A stretch of 64,000 nt of DNA, taken from positions 128,001 through 192,000 of the forward strand of contig JBKBRF010000006.1 in the NCBI GenBank assembly GCA_046292385.1, written 5' to 3'. A program made the position numbers and the translations under genes. Source of the stretch: Armatimonadota bacterium. Its GTDB lineage: Bacteria; Armatimonadota; SYMT01. Each line of letters begins with the position of its first letter. Position 1 is the first letter of the stretch. The notes under the pieces were generated by a model. It was not told the DNA's origin, did not search any database, and saw only the letters and a program-made list of their open reading frames with translations. Shown here piece by piece: positions 49,362-59,714 of this stretch.

Positions 49362-52265
49362 TCATTTCTGCGACGAGGAGCGGGTCTGCAGCTTCTCGCG
49401 GCTGCGCGCGGCCCACGTGCTTTCTCCATAGAGATCAACTACTCGCTGCCAGGTCTCCTGCGCCGCCTTCGGATCGCCGAGCTTCTCGTAGCACTCGCCG
49501 GCGCGGTAGCTCGCCTCCGCCGCCACCTCCGGGAAGCGGCCGAAGAGGGTGGCGCTCCGCAGATACTCCGGCAGCGCTTTCTTCGGCCCGTCCTTCAGGA
49601 AGAGCGTCTCCGCTTTAAGAAGGTGGGCCCGCGCGCCGTACCAGCCGTTCGCGGGGACGCCTACCTCTTCCGCCAGGGCGCGGGCGCGGTCGAGCTCCCC
49701 CTGCATCAGGTAGGCGAGCGCAGCGCCGACTTTCGCCTGCATCACCAGCTCGACGGCGGGGGTCTCGCCCGTGCTTCCCTTCAGCAGCGGCTCGAGCTGC
49801 TCCAGCGCGTGCCGGTCCTTCTCCAACTGCAGGAACGCCTCCGCCGCGCGGACCCGGCTCTCGACGGCGAGTGGGTGCTTCGGAAAGCGGAAGGCGAGCG
49901 CGGCGAACGTCTCCGCTGCACGCTCGTGATCGCCCAGCCGGCGCAGCGCCCAGCCCAGCTTGTAAGCGGCAGCCGGAGCCGCCGCTCCCGCCGCCCCCGC
50001 GGCGCGACGGTAGTGCTCCGCAGCTTCGGCGAACCGCCCCGCCGCGTACTCTAGCTCGCCGAGGCGGAAGCTGGCGTCCGCGGCCAGGGGATGAGACGTG
50101 AGCTCCGAGACGAGCCGCTCGAACGAAGGGCGCGCCGCCTCCGCGCGGCCCTGGTCCAGTGCCGCCCACCCGAGGGCGTAGAGCAGCGCCCCGGTCTGGG
50201 CGGGGGAGGGCTTGCTCTCCAGAGCCTGCTTCAGCAGCGTCTCCGCCTCGGCGGCCTTTCCCTGGGCGGAGAGCAGGCGGGCTGCGCCGAGCGCAGCGTC
50301 GACCCGGATGGCGGCCCCGGCCTCCGGGCTAAGGGCGCGGCGATACGCCGCCAGCGCGGCGGTACGGTCGGCCGCCTTCTCGTAGACGGTCCCCAGGCGG
50401 AGCTGGAGCGCCGCGTCAAACGCGGGAGAGGGCGCGTCGGCCGCAATCTGTTTCAACTGGTCCTCGAGCTCGGCCGGGCGGCGGGTGACGACGGCGAGCT
50501 CCGCCAGCCCGGCGCGGGCGCGGAGCCGCGCGGCGCGGTCCGGCTTCTGCGCCAGGGCCTGGTTGAAGAGTGCGGCTGCCTCCGCCGGCTTGCCGTCCCG
50601 CAGGAGCTTCTCGCCCTGCTCCAGCACCCCATCCGCGAGCGTCACCGTGCCCTTGAAACGCGTGGCGATCAGCTCCTCCACCGCCTCCGCTTTCGCCGAC
50701 TGGCGGGTGTCGCGGTAGTGGTTCAGCAGCACGCGGGCCGCCTCGGGCGCGTCCGGGCTGCCCGGGTGCTTCTCCAGAAGCTCGGAGAGGCTGGCCACTG
50801 CTTCCTCTGGGCGGTCGAGCCGAAGCTGTGCCCGTCCCCGGATCGCCAGCATGGCGGCGCGGTGCGGCGGCTCCAGCTCGTCCTTCAGCAGCGCGTCGGC
50901 GCGCTCGAGCGCGCCGCGGGCATCCCCCTGCTCCAGACTCGCCCGGGCCAGCAGCGCTCCCGCCGCTCTCCCCGCTGCGCCGCCGCGGCCGGCGAGGGGG
51001 GCGACCGCCGCCGCGGCTTCCTTCCACTCTTCCCGACGAAGGTGCAGGTCGGCCAGCTGCAGCGCGGCCTGGTCCCGCAGCTCGGGCTCCCCCTTGCCTC
51101 CCGCCACCGGCTTGAGCAGGGCGATGGCGGCGGGAAGGTCTCCGGAGCCGATCCGGATCTCCGCCAGCCGCAGCGCGCCGAGGTCGCTCCAGCTGCCGGC
51201 GGCGCGGTCGGCGGCGAGCGCGGCGTAATGCTCCGCGGCGGCCGGCAGCTTACGGTCTTCCATCTCCAGCCGGGCGAGGGTGAAGCGGGCCTCGCCGGCC
51301 ACCACGCGGTCTTTGTCGTCGAGCAGCGCCTGGTAGCGCTTCCGCGCCTCGGCCGCGTTCTTCTCCGCCAGGTAGCTGTCCGCGATCCGGAGCTGCGCCT
51401 CCGGCCCGATCCCCGCGCGGGCGAAGATGACGCCCGCCGCCTCGAACGCCGCCCGGGCCACTTCGTAGTCGCCGCGCGCCAGGGCGACCCGTCCCAGTCC
51501 GAGCTGCGCCCGCGGCGCCTGGGCCTCATCCGTATAGAGCCGCAGGATGCGCCGGAACTCCGCCTCCGCTTCGGAGGGCTTCTCTAGGACGAGGTAGGCT
51601 TCCCCCGCGGCGAGCGCCGCCTTCGGCGCCAGCGGGTCTCGCCAGTAGCGCTCCGCCAGCGTGCGGTAGGCGACCGCGGCCTCCCCGGTGCTGCCCGCCA
51701 GACGGTGCGACTCGGCAAGCTGGAAGAAGGCGCGCGGCGCCTCCGGGAAGTCGACCCACCGGGTCACGCGGTAGTAGGCCCTGGCCGCGTCGGCGTAGCG
51801 CTCCGCCGCGAAGTGCAGCTCGCCCAGGAGCAGCGCCACGCGCGGTCCGAGCCGGTCATCGTACTCGGTCAGGCCGAACGCCTCGTCGAGCGCCTTCACC
51901 GCAGCCGCGCTCTCGTCCCGCGCCGCGTGCACCCGCGCCAGCCCGAAGAGCGCCCCGGCCCGGACGGGGTCGGCCGGCTTCCCCTCGAGCACCGCCGCGA
52001 ACTGCTTCTCCGCCTCGGCCGGCTTCTTCAGCTCCAGCAGGGCGTCGCCCAGCCGGAGCCGGGCCTCCGGCGCCTTTGCATGCCGCGGGTTGACGGAGAG
52101 GAACTTCTCCAGCGCCGGTACCGCCTCCGCCCACTTGCCGGACTGTACCAGCGCGGCGGCCGTGGTATAGGCGGCGTCTCCCGGCATCTCCTCCGCGAGC
52201 ACCGGCATCGTGACGGCACACAGCCCCATCCACAGCGCCAGCACCCGGCGGCCCTTAAATAGCAT
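49362..52265 (-). CDS. Large exported TPR protein (YbgF/BamD-like repeats)
   Basis: Signal peptide; many TPRs (HAKAPEARLRLG, HPLAADASFRLGE, AAEASYRAGECYEKLG). Confidence 0.85.
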   Translation of the reverse strand: MLFKGRRVLALWMGLCAVTMPVLAEEMPGDAAYTTAAALVQSGKWAEAVPALEKFLSVNPRHAKAPEARLRLGDALLELKKPAEAEKQFAAVLEGKPADPVRAGALFGLARVHAARDESAAAVKALDEAFGLTEYDDRLGPRVALLLGELHFAAERYADAARAYYRVTRWVDFPEAPRAFFQLAESHRLAGSTGEAAVAYRTLAERYWRDPLAPKAALAAGEAYLVLEKPSEAEAEFRRILRLYTDEAQAPRAQLGLGRVALARGDYEVARAAFEAAGVIFARAGIGPEAQLRIADSYLAEKNAAEARKRYQALLDDKDRVVAGEARFTLARLEMEDRKLPAAAEHYAALAADRAAGSWSDLGALRLAEIRIGSGDLPAAIALLKPVAGGKGEPELRDQAALQLADLHLRREEWKEAAAAVAPLAGRGGAAGRAAGALLARASLEQGDARGALERADALLKDELEPPHRAAMLAIRGRAQLRLDRPEEAVASLSELLEKHPGSPDAPEAARVLLNHYRDTRQSAKAEAVEELIATRFKGTVTLADGVLEQGEKLLRDGKPAEAAALFNQALAQKPDRAARLRARAGLAELAVVTRRPAELEDQLKQIAADAPSPAFDAALQLRLGTVYEKAADRTAALAAYRRALSPEAGAAIRVDAALGAARLLSAQGKAAEAETLLKQALESKPSPAQTGALLYALGWAALDQGRAEAARPSFERLVSELTSHPLAADASFRLGELEYAAGRFAEAAEHYRRAAGAAGAAAPAAAYKLGWALRRLGDHERAAETFAALAFRFPKHPLAVESRVRAAEAFLQLEKDRHALEQLEPLLKGSTGETPAVELVMQAKVGAALAYLMQGELDRARALAEEVGVPANGWYGARAHLLKAETLFLKDGPKKALPEYLRSATLFGRFPEVAAEASYRAGECYEKLGDPKAAQETWQRVVDLYGESTWAARSREKLQTRSSSQK

Positions 52266-52450
52266 CGATCCGATCCCCCGCCGCACGCGGCAACTCGTCA
52301 GGCACCCAGTTTAGAGTTTCGGGCGCCGTGAGCCGGAAGCCTCCGCGGAAGAGGCGTGTCGTCGCTCCCGCTGCGAAAAGCCAATTGCTCCAGGCACGCG
52401 GAGCCCGGGTCCAAGTCTACCATCGCCCCGGTTCGGGGAAGAGTCGCAGT

Positions 52451-52675
52451 ATGAAGATCGCCCTCGGAGTGCTGCTCGCCTTCCTGATCGGCGCCGGATG
52501 CCGCTGGCTCGACCTCCCGGTTCCCGCGCCGAACCGCCTGCTCGGCGCCCTGCTGATCGTCTGCGTGACGCTCGGCTACCTGGGGGCCGACTACTACCTC
52601 ACCCGGCGGGAGGGTCCGCCCACCGCCGTCTCTCAGGCTCCGGAGAACCCAAGACAGCGAGGGCTCGCTCCATGA
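52451..52675 (+). CDS. DUF1427/XapX-domain small membrane protein
   Basis: IGAGCRWLDLPVPAPNRLLGALLIVCVTLGY. Confidence 0.8.
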   Translation: MKIALGVLLAFLIGAGCRWLDLPVPAPNRLLGALLIVCVTLGYLGADYYLTRREGPPTAVSQAPENPRQRGLAP

Positions 52676-52742
52676 AGGAAGCGCCCCCGGCCGTGTGAGA
52701 CCTCTGCTTAGGCGGCAGAGCGGAAGAGGCGGGGGTACTTGC

Positions 52743-54539
52743 GTGGGAGAGAGGCCGGGGAACAGACAGGCACTGCAGCTTCGTGCCGGACCGCTCACCC
52801 TGCTCTTCGAGCCGGAGCTGGCCTTCCTCCGATACGTCCGCCTCGGCTCCACCGAAGTGCTGCGCGGGATCTACGCGGCGGTACGAGACCAAAACTGGGG
52901 CACCGTGCCGCCACGCGTAACGCACCTGCAGGTGGAGCAGGCGGCGGAAAGCTTCCGGCTCTCGTTCGACGTCGAGTGCATCCAGGAGGAGATCGACTTC
53001 GCCTGGCGCGGCACCCTCACCGGGGACGCCAGCGGCAGCGTGACCTATCGCATGGAGGGTGTGGCTCGCTCCCGCTTCCGCCGCAACCGGATCGGCTTCT
53101 GCGTGCTGCATCCGGCGTCGGTAGCCGGGCTCGACTGCCGGGTGGAGCACGTCGACGGCTCGCTGGAGGAGGGCCGCTTCCCCGACCGTATCGCGCCGCA
53201 CCAGCCGTTCTTCCGGATCCGCGCGCTCACGCACCCCGTGGGGAGCGGCGTGGAGGCGGAGGTGCGGCTCGACGGCGACACGTTCGAGATGGAGGACCAG
53301 CGGAACTGGACCGACGCCTCGTTCAAGACCTACTGCACGCCGCTGGGCCTACCCTTCCCGGTCGAGGTAGAGGCCGGAACCCGGATGAGCCAGTCGGTCA
53401 CCCTGCGCCTGCGCGGATCGGCGCCGCCGGCCATCGCCGCGCCCGAGGCGCCGGTGGAGATCTCGCTGGATGACGCACGCCGGCACCCGCTGCCGGAGAT
53501 CGGCCTCGCGCTTGGTCCCGGACCGATGACCGAGCAGCAGCTCGAGCGTCTGAAGCGCCTCCATTTAGGGCACCTGCGCGTGGACCTCCGCCTGGACCTT
53601 GGCGACTACCCGGCACGCCTCCGGCAGGCAGTGGAGGTCTCGGCGGAGCTCAACTGCCGCCTGCACCTGGCGCTCCACGTCACCGACGACGCCGAGGCCG
53701 AGCTGCGTGCGCTGGCGTCGCTTACTAAGCTGGACGCGCTGCGGGAGGCGACCTGGCTCGTCTACCGGCACCGCGGACAGGCGGTCACCGAACCGTGGGC
53801 CGGGCTCGCGCGCCGCATCCTGGAGGAGCGGCTGGGGTCGGTCACCGTGGGCGGCGGCACCGATGCCTACTTCACGGAGTTGAACCGCGGGCGACCGCCC
53901 CTGCCGGAGGGGGCGCCGGTCAGCTTTTCACTCAATCCACAGGTCCACGCGTTCGACGACGCCTCGCTGTTGGAGACGCTGGAAGTGCAGGGCCTGACGG
54001 TGCGGGACGCACAGGCACTCTACCCCGGGCACCCGGTCTACGTCTCCCCCGTCACGCTGCGCCCCCGCTTCAACCCGGCCGCCACGGACCTGGGGGCGGA
54101 GGAGCTTTCGCCGGCGGACCCTCGGCTGAATCAAAACTTCGGCGCGGCGTGGACGCTGGGCAGTCTCTGCAGTTTGATCTCGTACAACCCCGCTTCGATC
54201 ACCTACCACGAGACGCACGGCGCCGCCGGAGTGATCGGCCGGCGGGCGCCCGAATCCGCGCTCGCGGAAGAGCATGACGTCTCGCCTCTCTACCGCATGT
54301 TCGCAGAGGTGGGCGAGCTCGGCGGAGGTGAAGCTCAAGCCAGACTGCTCGGCTCGCCGCCGTGGGCGGCGGCGCTCCTGCTTCGAAACGGCGAACGCCG
54401 GCGCGGGCTCGTAGCGAACCTCACGGGAGAGAGGCTGACTGTCCGTCTGCGGGGCCACCCGAGCAGTCCGGAGCCGGACGAGCTGGCACCGTACCGCGTT
54501 GCAATCTTTGAGGACCATGGGGTCCGCCGGGGAGAGTAG
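52743..54539 (+). CDS. apnL: Probable D-apionate lactonase
   Basis: VRDQNWGT, NRIGFCVLHP, FEMEDQRNWTDASFKTY, FTELNR, VHAFDD; operon context; start uncertain (52695 possible). Confidence 0.7.
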   Translation: MGERPGNRQALQLRAGPLTLLFEPELAFLRYVRLGSTEVLRGIYAAVRDQNWGTVPPRVTHLQVEQAAESFRLSFDVECIQEEIDFAWRGTLTGDASGSVTYRMEGVARSRFRRNRIGFCVLHPASVAGLDCRVEHVDGSLEEGRFPDRIAPHQPFFRIRALTHPVGSGVEAEVRLDGDTFEMEDQRNWTDASFKTYCTPLGLPFPVEVEAGTRMSQSVTLRLRGSAPPAIAAPEAPVEISLDDARRHPLPEIGLALGPGPMTEQQLERLKRLHLGHLRVDLRLDLGDYPARLRQAVEVSAELNCRLHLALHVTDDAEAELRALASLTKLDALREATWLVYRHRGQAVTEPWAGLARRILEERLGSVTVGGGTDAYFTELNRGRPPLPEGAPVSFSLNPQVHAFDDASLLETLEVQGLTVRDAQALYPGHPVYVSPVTLRPRFNPAATDLGAEELSPADPRLNQNFGAAWTLGSLCSLISYNPASITYHETHGAAGVIGRRAPESALAEEHDVSPLYRMFAEVGELGGGEAQARLLGSPPWAAALLLRNGERRRGLVANLTGERLTVRLRGHPSSPEPDELAPYRVAIFEDHGVRRGE

Positions 54540-55571
54540 ATGAGCAAGCTTCGAGGCGCTCTGATCGGGTGCGGATTCTTTGCGCGAAACCACTTGCACG
54601 GGTGGGCGGAGGTGGAGGCGGCAGCGATCGTCGCGACGTGCGACGTCGACCGCTCCCGCGCCGAGGCGTACGCGCGGGAATTCGGCATTGCCGCGGCCTA
54701 CGCCGATCCGGCGGAGATGCTGGTGCGGGAGCGGCTCGACTTCGTCGACATCGTCACCCAGCCCGGCACCCACCGGGAGCTGACGGAGCTGGCTGCGTCC
54801 CGCGGGGTGCACGTGATCTGCCAGAAGCCGATGGCGCCGAGCCTGGAAGAGGCGCGGTCAATGGTCGCCGCCTGCCGGGCCGCGGGCGTGCGGTTCATGG
54901 TCCACGAGAACTTCCGCTGGCAGCGGCCGATGCGAGAGCTGAAGCAGGCGAGCGAGGAGCTGGGAGAGCTCTTCTTCGGACGGATCACCTGGCGCACGCC
55001 GTTCGACATCTACCACTACCAGCCGTACCTGGCGGAGGACCCGCGCTTCATCATCGCGGACCTGGGGGTGCACCTGCTCGATCTCGCCCGGTTCTTCCTG
55101 GGGGAGGTGGAGCAGCTCTACTGCGTCACCCGGCGCGTGAACCCGCGGATCCAGGGAGAGGACGTGGCGACGATACTCTTGAAGATGCGGAGCGGCGCGG
55201 CGTGCGTGGTGGAGGCGAGCTACGCTTCTCCGCTGGAGGACGACCCGTTCCCGCAGACGCTGGTTTACCTGGAGGGCTCTGAAAAGACCGCGATCCTCTC
55301 GCCGGGGTTCGAGCTCACCGTCACCCGGCCCGGGGAGACGGTCCGGCGCGACGTCTCCCCGCCCCTGCTCTCCTGGGCCAGCCCCCCGGCACACGCAATT
55401 CAGGAGAGCATCCCGTCGCTGCAGCGACACTGGGTGGAGTGCCTGCGGGAAGGGCGGGAGCCGGAGACCTCCGGAGTCGACAACCTGCGGACGCTGGAGC
55501 TGGTCTACGGCGCCTACGAGTCGGCGGAGACCGCGAGGGCGGTGAATCCGCACGGGGAGCAAACTCGATGA
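54540..55571 (+). CDS. apsD: Gfo/Idh/MocA oxidoreductase, probable D-apiose dehydrogenase
   Basis: IGCGFFARNHLHGW, ICQKP, MVHENFRWQ, QPYL, DLGVHLLD; context. Confidence 0.75.
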   Translation: MSKLRGALIGCGFFARNHLHGWAEVEAAAIVATCDVDRSRAEAYAREFGIAAAYADPAEMLVRERLDFVDIVTQPGTHRELTELAASRGVHVICQKPMAPSLEEARSMVAACRAAGVRFMVHENFRWQRPMRELKQASEELGELFFGRITWRTPFDIYHYQPYLAEDPRFIIADLGVHLLDLARFFLGEVEQLYCVTRRVNPRIQGEDVATILLKMRSGAACVVEASYASPLEDDPFPQTLVYLEGSEKTAILSPGFELTVTRPGETVRRDVSPPLLSWASPPAHAIQESIPSLQRHWVECLREGREPETSGVDNLRTLELVYGAYESAETARAVNPHGEQTR

Positions 55572-56824
55572 GCGACCGCATCCTGGCACGCTACCGGATC
55601 GAGACGCCGCACCCGGTGGAGCGGGCGGCGGAGATGCTGGCGGGGGAGCAGTCGAGCGGCACCTTCGTCCAGGTCCCGGGAGAGACCGAGGCGCTGCGGG
55701 CCCGGCACCGGGCGCGGGTCGAGGAGATCGTCCGCTTACCCGACGCGGAAGCCCCCGGACTGCCCGGCTCCCGCCCGCCGAAGGGGCACGCCGGGCCGGT
55801 CTCCTACCACCGCGCGGAGCTGCTCGTCTCGTTCCCGCTGGAAAACGTGGGCGTCAACTTGCCGACCCTGCTCTCCACCGTCGCCGGCAACCTGTTTGAG
55901 CTAAGCGAATTCTCCGGCCTGAAACTGCTCGACCTCGAGGTTCCCGCCGCCTACACCGAGCGGTACCCCGGACCGCAATTCGGAATCGAGGGCACGCGGC
56001 GGCTCTGCGGGGTCTACGACCGCCCCATCCTCGGGACGATCGTGAAGCCGAGCGTCGGGCTCACCCCGGCACAGACGGCGGAGCTGGTGCGGGAGCTGGC
56101 GGAGGCAGGGATCGACTTCATCAAAGACGATGAGCTGATGGCCGACCCGCCGCACTCGCCACTCGCGGAGCGGGTGGCCGCGGTGACGCGGGTGATCCAC
56201 GATCACGCGGACCGCACCGGCAAGCGGGTGATGTACGCCTTCAACATCAGCGACGAGCTGGACGCGATGCTCCGGCACCACGACACGGTCCTGCGGGCGG
56301 GAGGCACCTGCGTGATGGTGAGCCTCAACAGCATCGGCCTCTCCGCCCTCTCGCACCTGCGCCGCCACTGCGCGCTGCCGATCCACGGCCACCGGAACGG
56401 GTGGGGGATCTACGCGCGCTCGCCGCACCTCGGCATCGAGTTCACCGCGTTCCAGAAGCTGTGGCGCCTGGCGGGGGCCGACCACCTTCACGTAAACGGC
56501 ATCGCGAACAAATTCTGGGAGCCGGACGATTCGGTCGTCCGCTCCGTACAGTCGGTCCTCACCCCGCTCTTCGGCGGCTACCCGGCGATGCCGGTCCTTT
56601 CCTCCGGCCAGTGGGGCGGCCAGGCGCCGGAGACCTACCGGCTGACCGGGACCACCGACGTGATGTACCTGGCCGGCGGCGGCATCATGGCTCACCCGGA
56701 CGGCCCCGGCGCGGGACTGATCGCAATCCGGCAGGCGTGGGCGGCCGCGGTCGAGGGCGTGCCGCTGGAAGAGTACACGCGGGAACGTCCGGAGCTGCGC
56801 CGCCAGTTGGAGAAGTTCGCGTGA
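55568..56824 (+). CDS. RuBisCO-like protein (form IV), probable 3-oxo-isoapionate-4-phosphate transcarboxylase/hydrolase or decarboxylase
   Basis: AGEQSSGTF, GTIVKPSVGL, DFIKDDE, HGHRNG, SSG, GGGIMAHPDG. Confidence 0.9.
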   Translation: MSDRILARYRIETPHPVERAAEMLAGEQSSGTFVQVPGETEALRARHRARVEEIVRLPDAEAPGLPGSRPPKGHAGPVSYHRAELLVSFPLENVGVNLPTLLSTVAGNLFELSEFSGLKLLDLEVPAAYTERYPGPQFGIEGTRRLCGVYDRPILGTIVKPSVGLTPAQTAELVRELAEAGIDFIKDDELMADPPHSPLAERVAAVTRVIHDHADRTGKRVMYAFNISDELDAMLRHHDTVLRAGGTCVMVSLNSIGLSALSHLRRHCALPIHGHRNGWGIYARSPHLGIEFTAFQKLWRLAGADHLHVNGIANKFWEPDDSVVRSVQSVLTPLFGGYPAMPVLSSGQWGGQAPETYRLTGTTDVMYLAGGGIMAHPDGPGAGLIAIRQAWAAAVEGVPLEEYTRERPELRRQLEKFA

Positions 56825-58182
56825 GCCTTCCGGACCGGCTGCTGTTGGCTTACTACGGCGACGACTTCACCGGCTCGACCGACGTGATGGAAGCGCTCAC
56901 GTCGGCCGGCCTCCGGACTGTGCTGTTCCTGCAGCCGCCCACCGCGGCAGAGCTGACACGGTTTCCCGGGGTGCGCGCGGTGGGGGTGGCGGGGACGAGT
57001 CGCGCCATGTCGCCGGAAGAGATGGACCGAGAGCTGCCGCCGGCTTTCCGATCGCTGGCCGCGCTGGACGCGCCGCTGGTGCACTACAAGACCTGCTCCA
57101 CCTTCGACTCTTCCCCATGGATCGGGAGCATCGGACGCGCGCTGGAGTTGGGGCAGGACGTCCTCGGCTCGCCGTGGGTGCCGATGGTGGTCGGCGCGCC
57201 GGTGCTGGGCCGCTACTGCGCCTTCGGGAACCTCTTCGCGCGCTCGGGATGGGAGAGCGAGGTCTACCGTCTCGACCGCCATCCGACGATGCGCTACCAC
57301 CCGACGACGCCGATGGACGAGAGCGATCTCCGCCTCGTCCTGGCACGCCAGACCGACCGGCGGGTCGCGCTCTTCGACCTTCCGGCGCTCCAGCAGGGTG
57401 CGGCACACCGGGAGGCCCGCCTTCAGGCGGTGCTCGGGGAGGGTCCGTCCGGCGTGCTTTTCGACACCGTTTCCGATGCCGACCTGAAAGCGATTGGGGA
57501 GCTCGTCTGGGAGGAGGCGCGGGAGCGGCCGCTCTACGCGGTCGGCTCCTCCGGCGTGGAGTACGCCCTCACCGCCCACTGGCGCGCCCGGGGCCGGCTT
57601 CCGGAGCCACCGAAGCTAGCCGTCGAGGCGGTGGAGCAGCTCGTTGTCGTCTCCGGAAGCTGCTCTCCGGTCACCGCCCGCCAGATCGCCTGCGCGCTGG
57701 AGCACGGCTTCGAGGAAGTGCCCCTCTCCGGAGAGCGGCTGGTCGACCCCGCCGAAGCGGAAGCCGAGCGCGCGCGGGCCGTCGCGCGGGCGGTAGAGGC
57801 GGCGCGTCGCGGCCGAAGCGTGATTCTCCATACCAGCCGCGGCCCGGACGATCCCCGCGTAGCGGCGACCCTGCAGCGGTTGGAGGGGGAGAGCGGCCGT
57901 ACCGCGGCGATCCTGGGGGATGCGCTGGGTCGCATTCTGGCCGAGGTGCTCCGAGCGACCGGCCTCCGCCGCGCGGCCACCACCGGCGGCGACTCCTCCA
58001 GTTACATCGCGCGGGCGCTCGGCGCCCAGGCGCTGGAGATGGCCGCCCCTTGCGCCCCCGGCTCTCCGCTCTGCCGCGTCACCGCGCCGGGCGAGCCGTA
58101 CGACGGCTGCGAGATCGTCTTCAAAGGGGGGCAGGTGGGGACGAGCGACTTCTTCTTGAGAGCGATGAGTGGGAGTCGTTAG
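56821..58182 (+). CDS. oiaK: Four-carbon acid sugar kinase (DUF1537), probable 3-oxo-isoapionate kinase
   Basis: YYGDDFTGSTD, HYKTCSTFDSS, SGSCS, GGDSS, FKGGQVG. Confidence 0.85.
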   Translation: MSLPDRLLLAYYGDDFTGSTDVMEALTSAGLRTVLFLQPPTAAELTRFPGVRAVGVAGTSRAMSPEEMDRELPPAFRSLAALDAPLVHYKTCSTFDSSPWIGSIGRALELGQDVLGSPWVPMVVGAPVLGRYCAFGNLFARSGWESEVYRLDRHPTMRYHPTTPMDESDLRLVLARQTDRRVALFDLPALQQGAAHREARLQAVLGEGPSGVLFDTVSDADLKAIGELVWEEARERPLYAVGSSGVEYALTAHWRARGRLPEPPKLAVEAVEQLVVVSGSCSPVTARQIACALEHGFEEVPLSGERLVDPAEAEAERARAVARAVEAARRGRSVILHTSRGPDDPRVAATLQRLEGESGRTAAILGDALGRILAEVLRATGLRRAATTGGDSSSYIARALGAQALEMAAPCAPGSPLCRVTAPGEPYDGCEIVFKGGQVGTSDFFLRAMSGSR

Positions 58183-58361
58183 GCGACAGGTCTTTATTGC
58201 GTATCGCGTATTGCGTAGCGGCAAGTGAGTCCTGCTTTGCGGTAGACCCTGCCGAGCGGCAGGCTCCTCAGGCGATTCGCCCGGCAGGATCTACCGGAAC
58301 GACAGAGGAGCATTCCGCCACGCGATACGCGATACGTCGGAATACGCACGGAGACATCACG

Positions 58362-59195
58362 ATGACCACGATTGCGCTGATCGGGGCGGGCGGAAACATG
58401 GGCACCCGGCTCTCTCGGAGCCTGGCGGGGGATGCGGAGTACGCAGTGCTGCACGTCGAGTCGGGCGAGCGGGGTCTCGCGCGGCTGCGGGAGCGGGGGA
58501 TCGAAGCGGTGCCGGCGGAGGAGGCGGTGCCGCGGGCGGACGTGGTGATCCTGGCGGTGCCGGACCACCTGATCGGACCGGTGGCCGCGGGCGTGGTGCC
58601 CCACATGCGGAGCGGCGCGCTGGCCATGTGTCTCGATCCCGCCGCGCCGCACGCCGGGCGACTGCCGCAGCGGGATGACGTCTCCTACTTCGTCTGCCAC
58701 CCCGCGCATCCGCCGGTGTTCAACGACGAGACCGACCCCGAGGCGCGCCGGGACTTCTTTGGCAGCGGCAAAGCGAAGCAGTCGGTCGTCTGCGCCTTGA
58801 TGCAGGGACCGGAGGAGGCCTACGCCCTCGGCGAGGCGATTGCCTGCCGCATCTTCCGCCCGATCCTGCGCTCGCACCGGGTCACCGTGGAGCAGATGGC
58901 GATCCTCGAGCCGGCGCTCTCCGAGACGGTGACGGCGACCTGCATTACGATCATCCGCGAGGCGATGGACGAGGCGGTCCGGCGCGGCGTGCCCGAGGCA
59001 GCGGCGCGCGACTTCCTGCTGGGCCACATCAACATCCCGCTTGCTATCGTCTTCAACGAGATCGAGTGGCAGTTCTCCGCCGGCGCGCAGCGCGCGATCG
59101 AAGAGGGCAAACGGAAGCTGTTCCGGGACGATTGGAAGCGCGTCTTCGAACCGGAAGAAGTCCGCGCCAGCGTGGAGCGGATCGCCAACGGATGA
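58362..59195 (+). CDS. apnO: Probable D-apionate oxidoisomerase
   Basis: IGAGGNMG, LAVPD, LDPAAP, HPAHP, CALMQGPE, MAILEP, DFLLGH. Confidence 0.8.
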   Translation: MTTIALIGAGGNMGTRLSRSLAGDAEYAVLHVESGERGLARLRERGIEAVPAEEAVPRADVVILAVPDHLIGPVAAGVVPHMRSGALAMCLDPAAPHAGRLPQRDDVSYFVCHPAHPPVFNDETDPEARRDFFGSGKAKQSVVCALMQGPEEAYALGEAIACRIFRPILRSHRVTVEQMAILEPALSETVTATCITIIREAMDEAVRRGVPEAAARDFLLGHINIPLAIVFNEIEWQFSAGAQRAIEEGKRKLFRDDWKRVFEPEEVRASVERIANG

Positions 59196-59366
59196 ATACT
59201 GTTGTCGAAATCGGGAAGCTGCCTCGGCGCCCCTCTAGCGCGGGTCGCGAAAGCAAGCGCCAGTTACTGGGAGCAAGCATTCGCACTGCATAGGCCGGAC
59301 CGTGACAGATCTCCTCTGGTCAAAAGGGAGACTTCCACGGTGCAGTTTGTGGAGTGCGGTGGCTCG

Positions 59367-59714
59367 TGTCCACCCACTGAAAAGTTGGTGCGCCCGGAGC
59401 GCAGCGTAGGGTTTGCCAGTGAGAACGAGTGGCCCTACCGTCCTCCACCCAGTCATCCTGAACGGGGTGAAGGATCTCGGCAGCCGTGCTGGTCGGAAGT
59501 ACGCAGGCGGGTGACGCGGACTCCGCTGCCGAGGCTCTTCCGCACGCCAGGCCTGTCGCTCCGATGCAAAGGTGGCGACGTAGATCCTTCATTTCATTCA
59601 GGATGACTGGCATGGTAAATCGAAGGCGGCCGGGCTTTTCCCGCCCCTCCCGAGCGCGGGACGGTGGCAAATCTCACCTGCGCCGACAGCGGCGTAACTT
59701 TACAGCGCGCAACA
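59367..59714. mobile_element. 348-bp non-autonomous element (TGT...ACA ends) flanked by a CTCG duplication
   Basis: Interrupts a copy of the 47.7-kb repeat; ends TGTCCCACCCACTGAAAAGTT / AACTTTACAGCGCGCAACA. Confidence 0.7.
59452..59607. repeat. 156-bp element with palindromic ends, copy 2
   Basis: Same ends, length and similar interior as 26051-26206. Confidence 0.85.

Noticed and set aside
55568..56824. CO2-fixing RuBisCO
   Set aside because: Form IV-like sequence, no small subunit or phosphoribulokinase, sugar-acid catabolic context.
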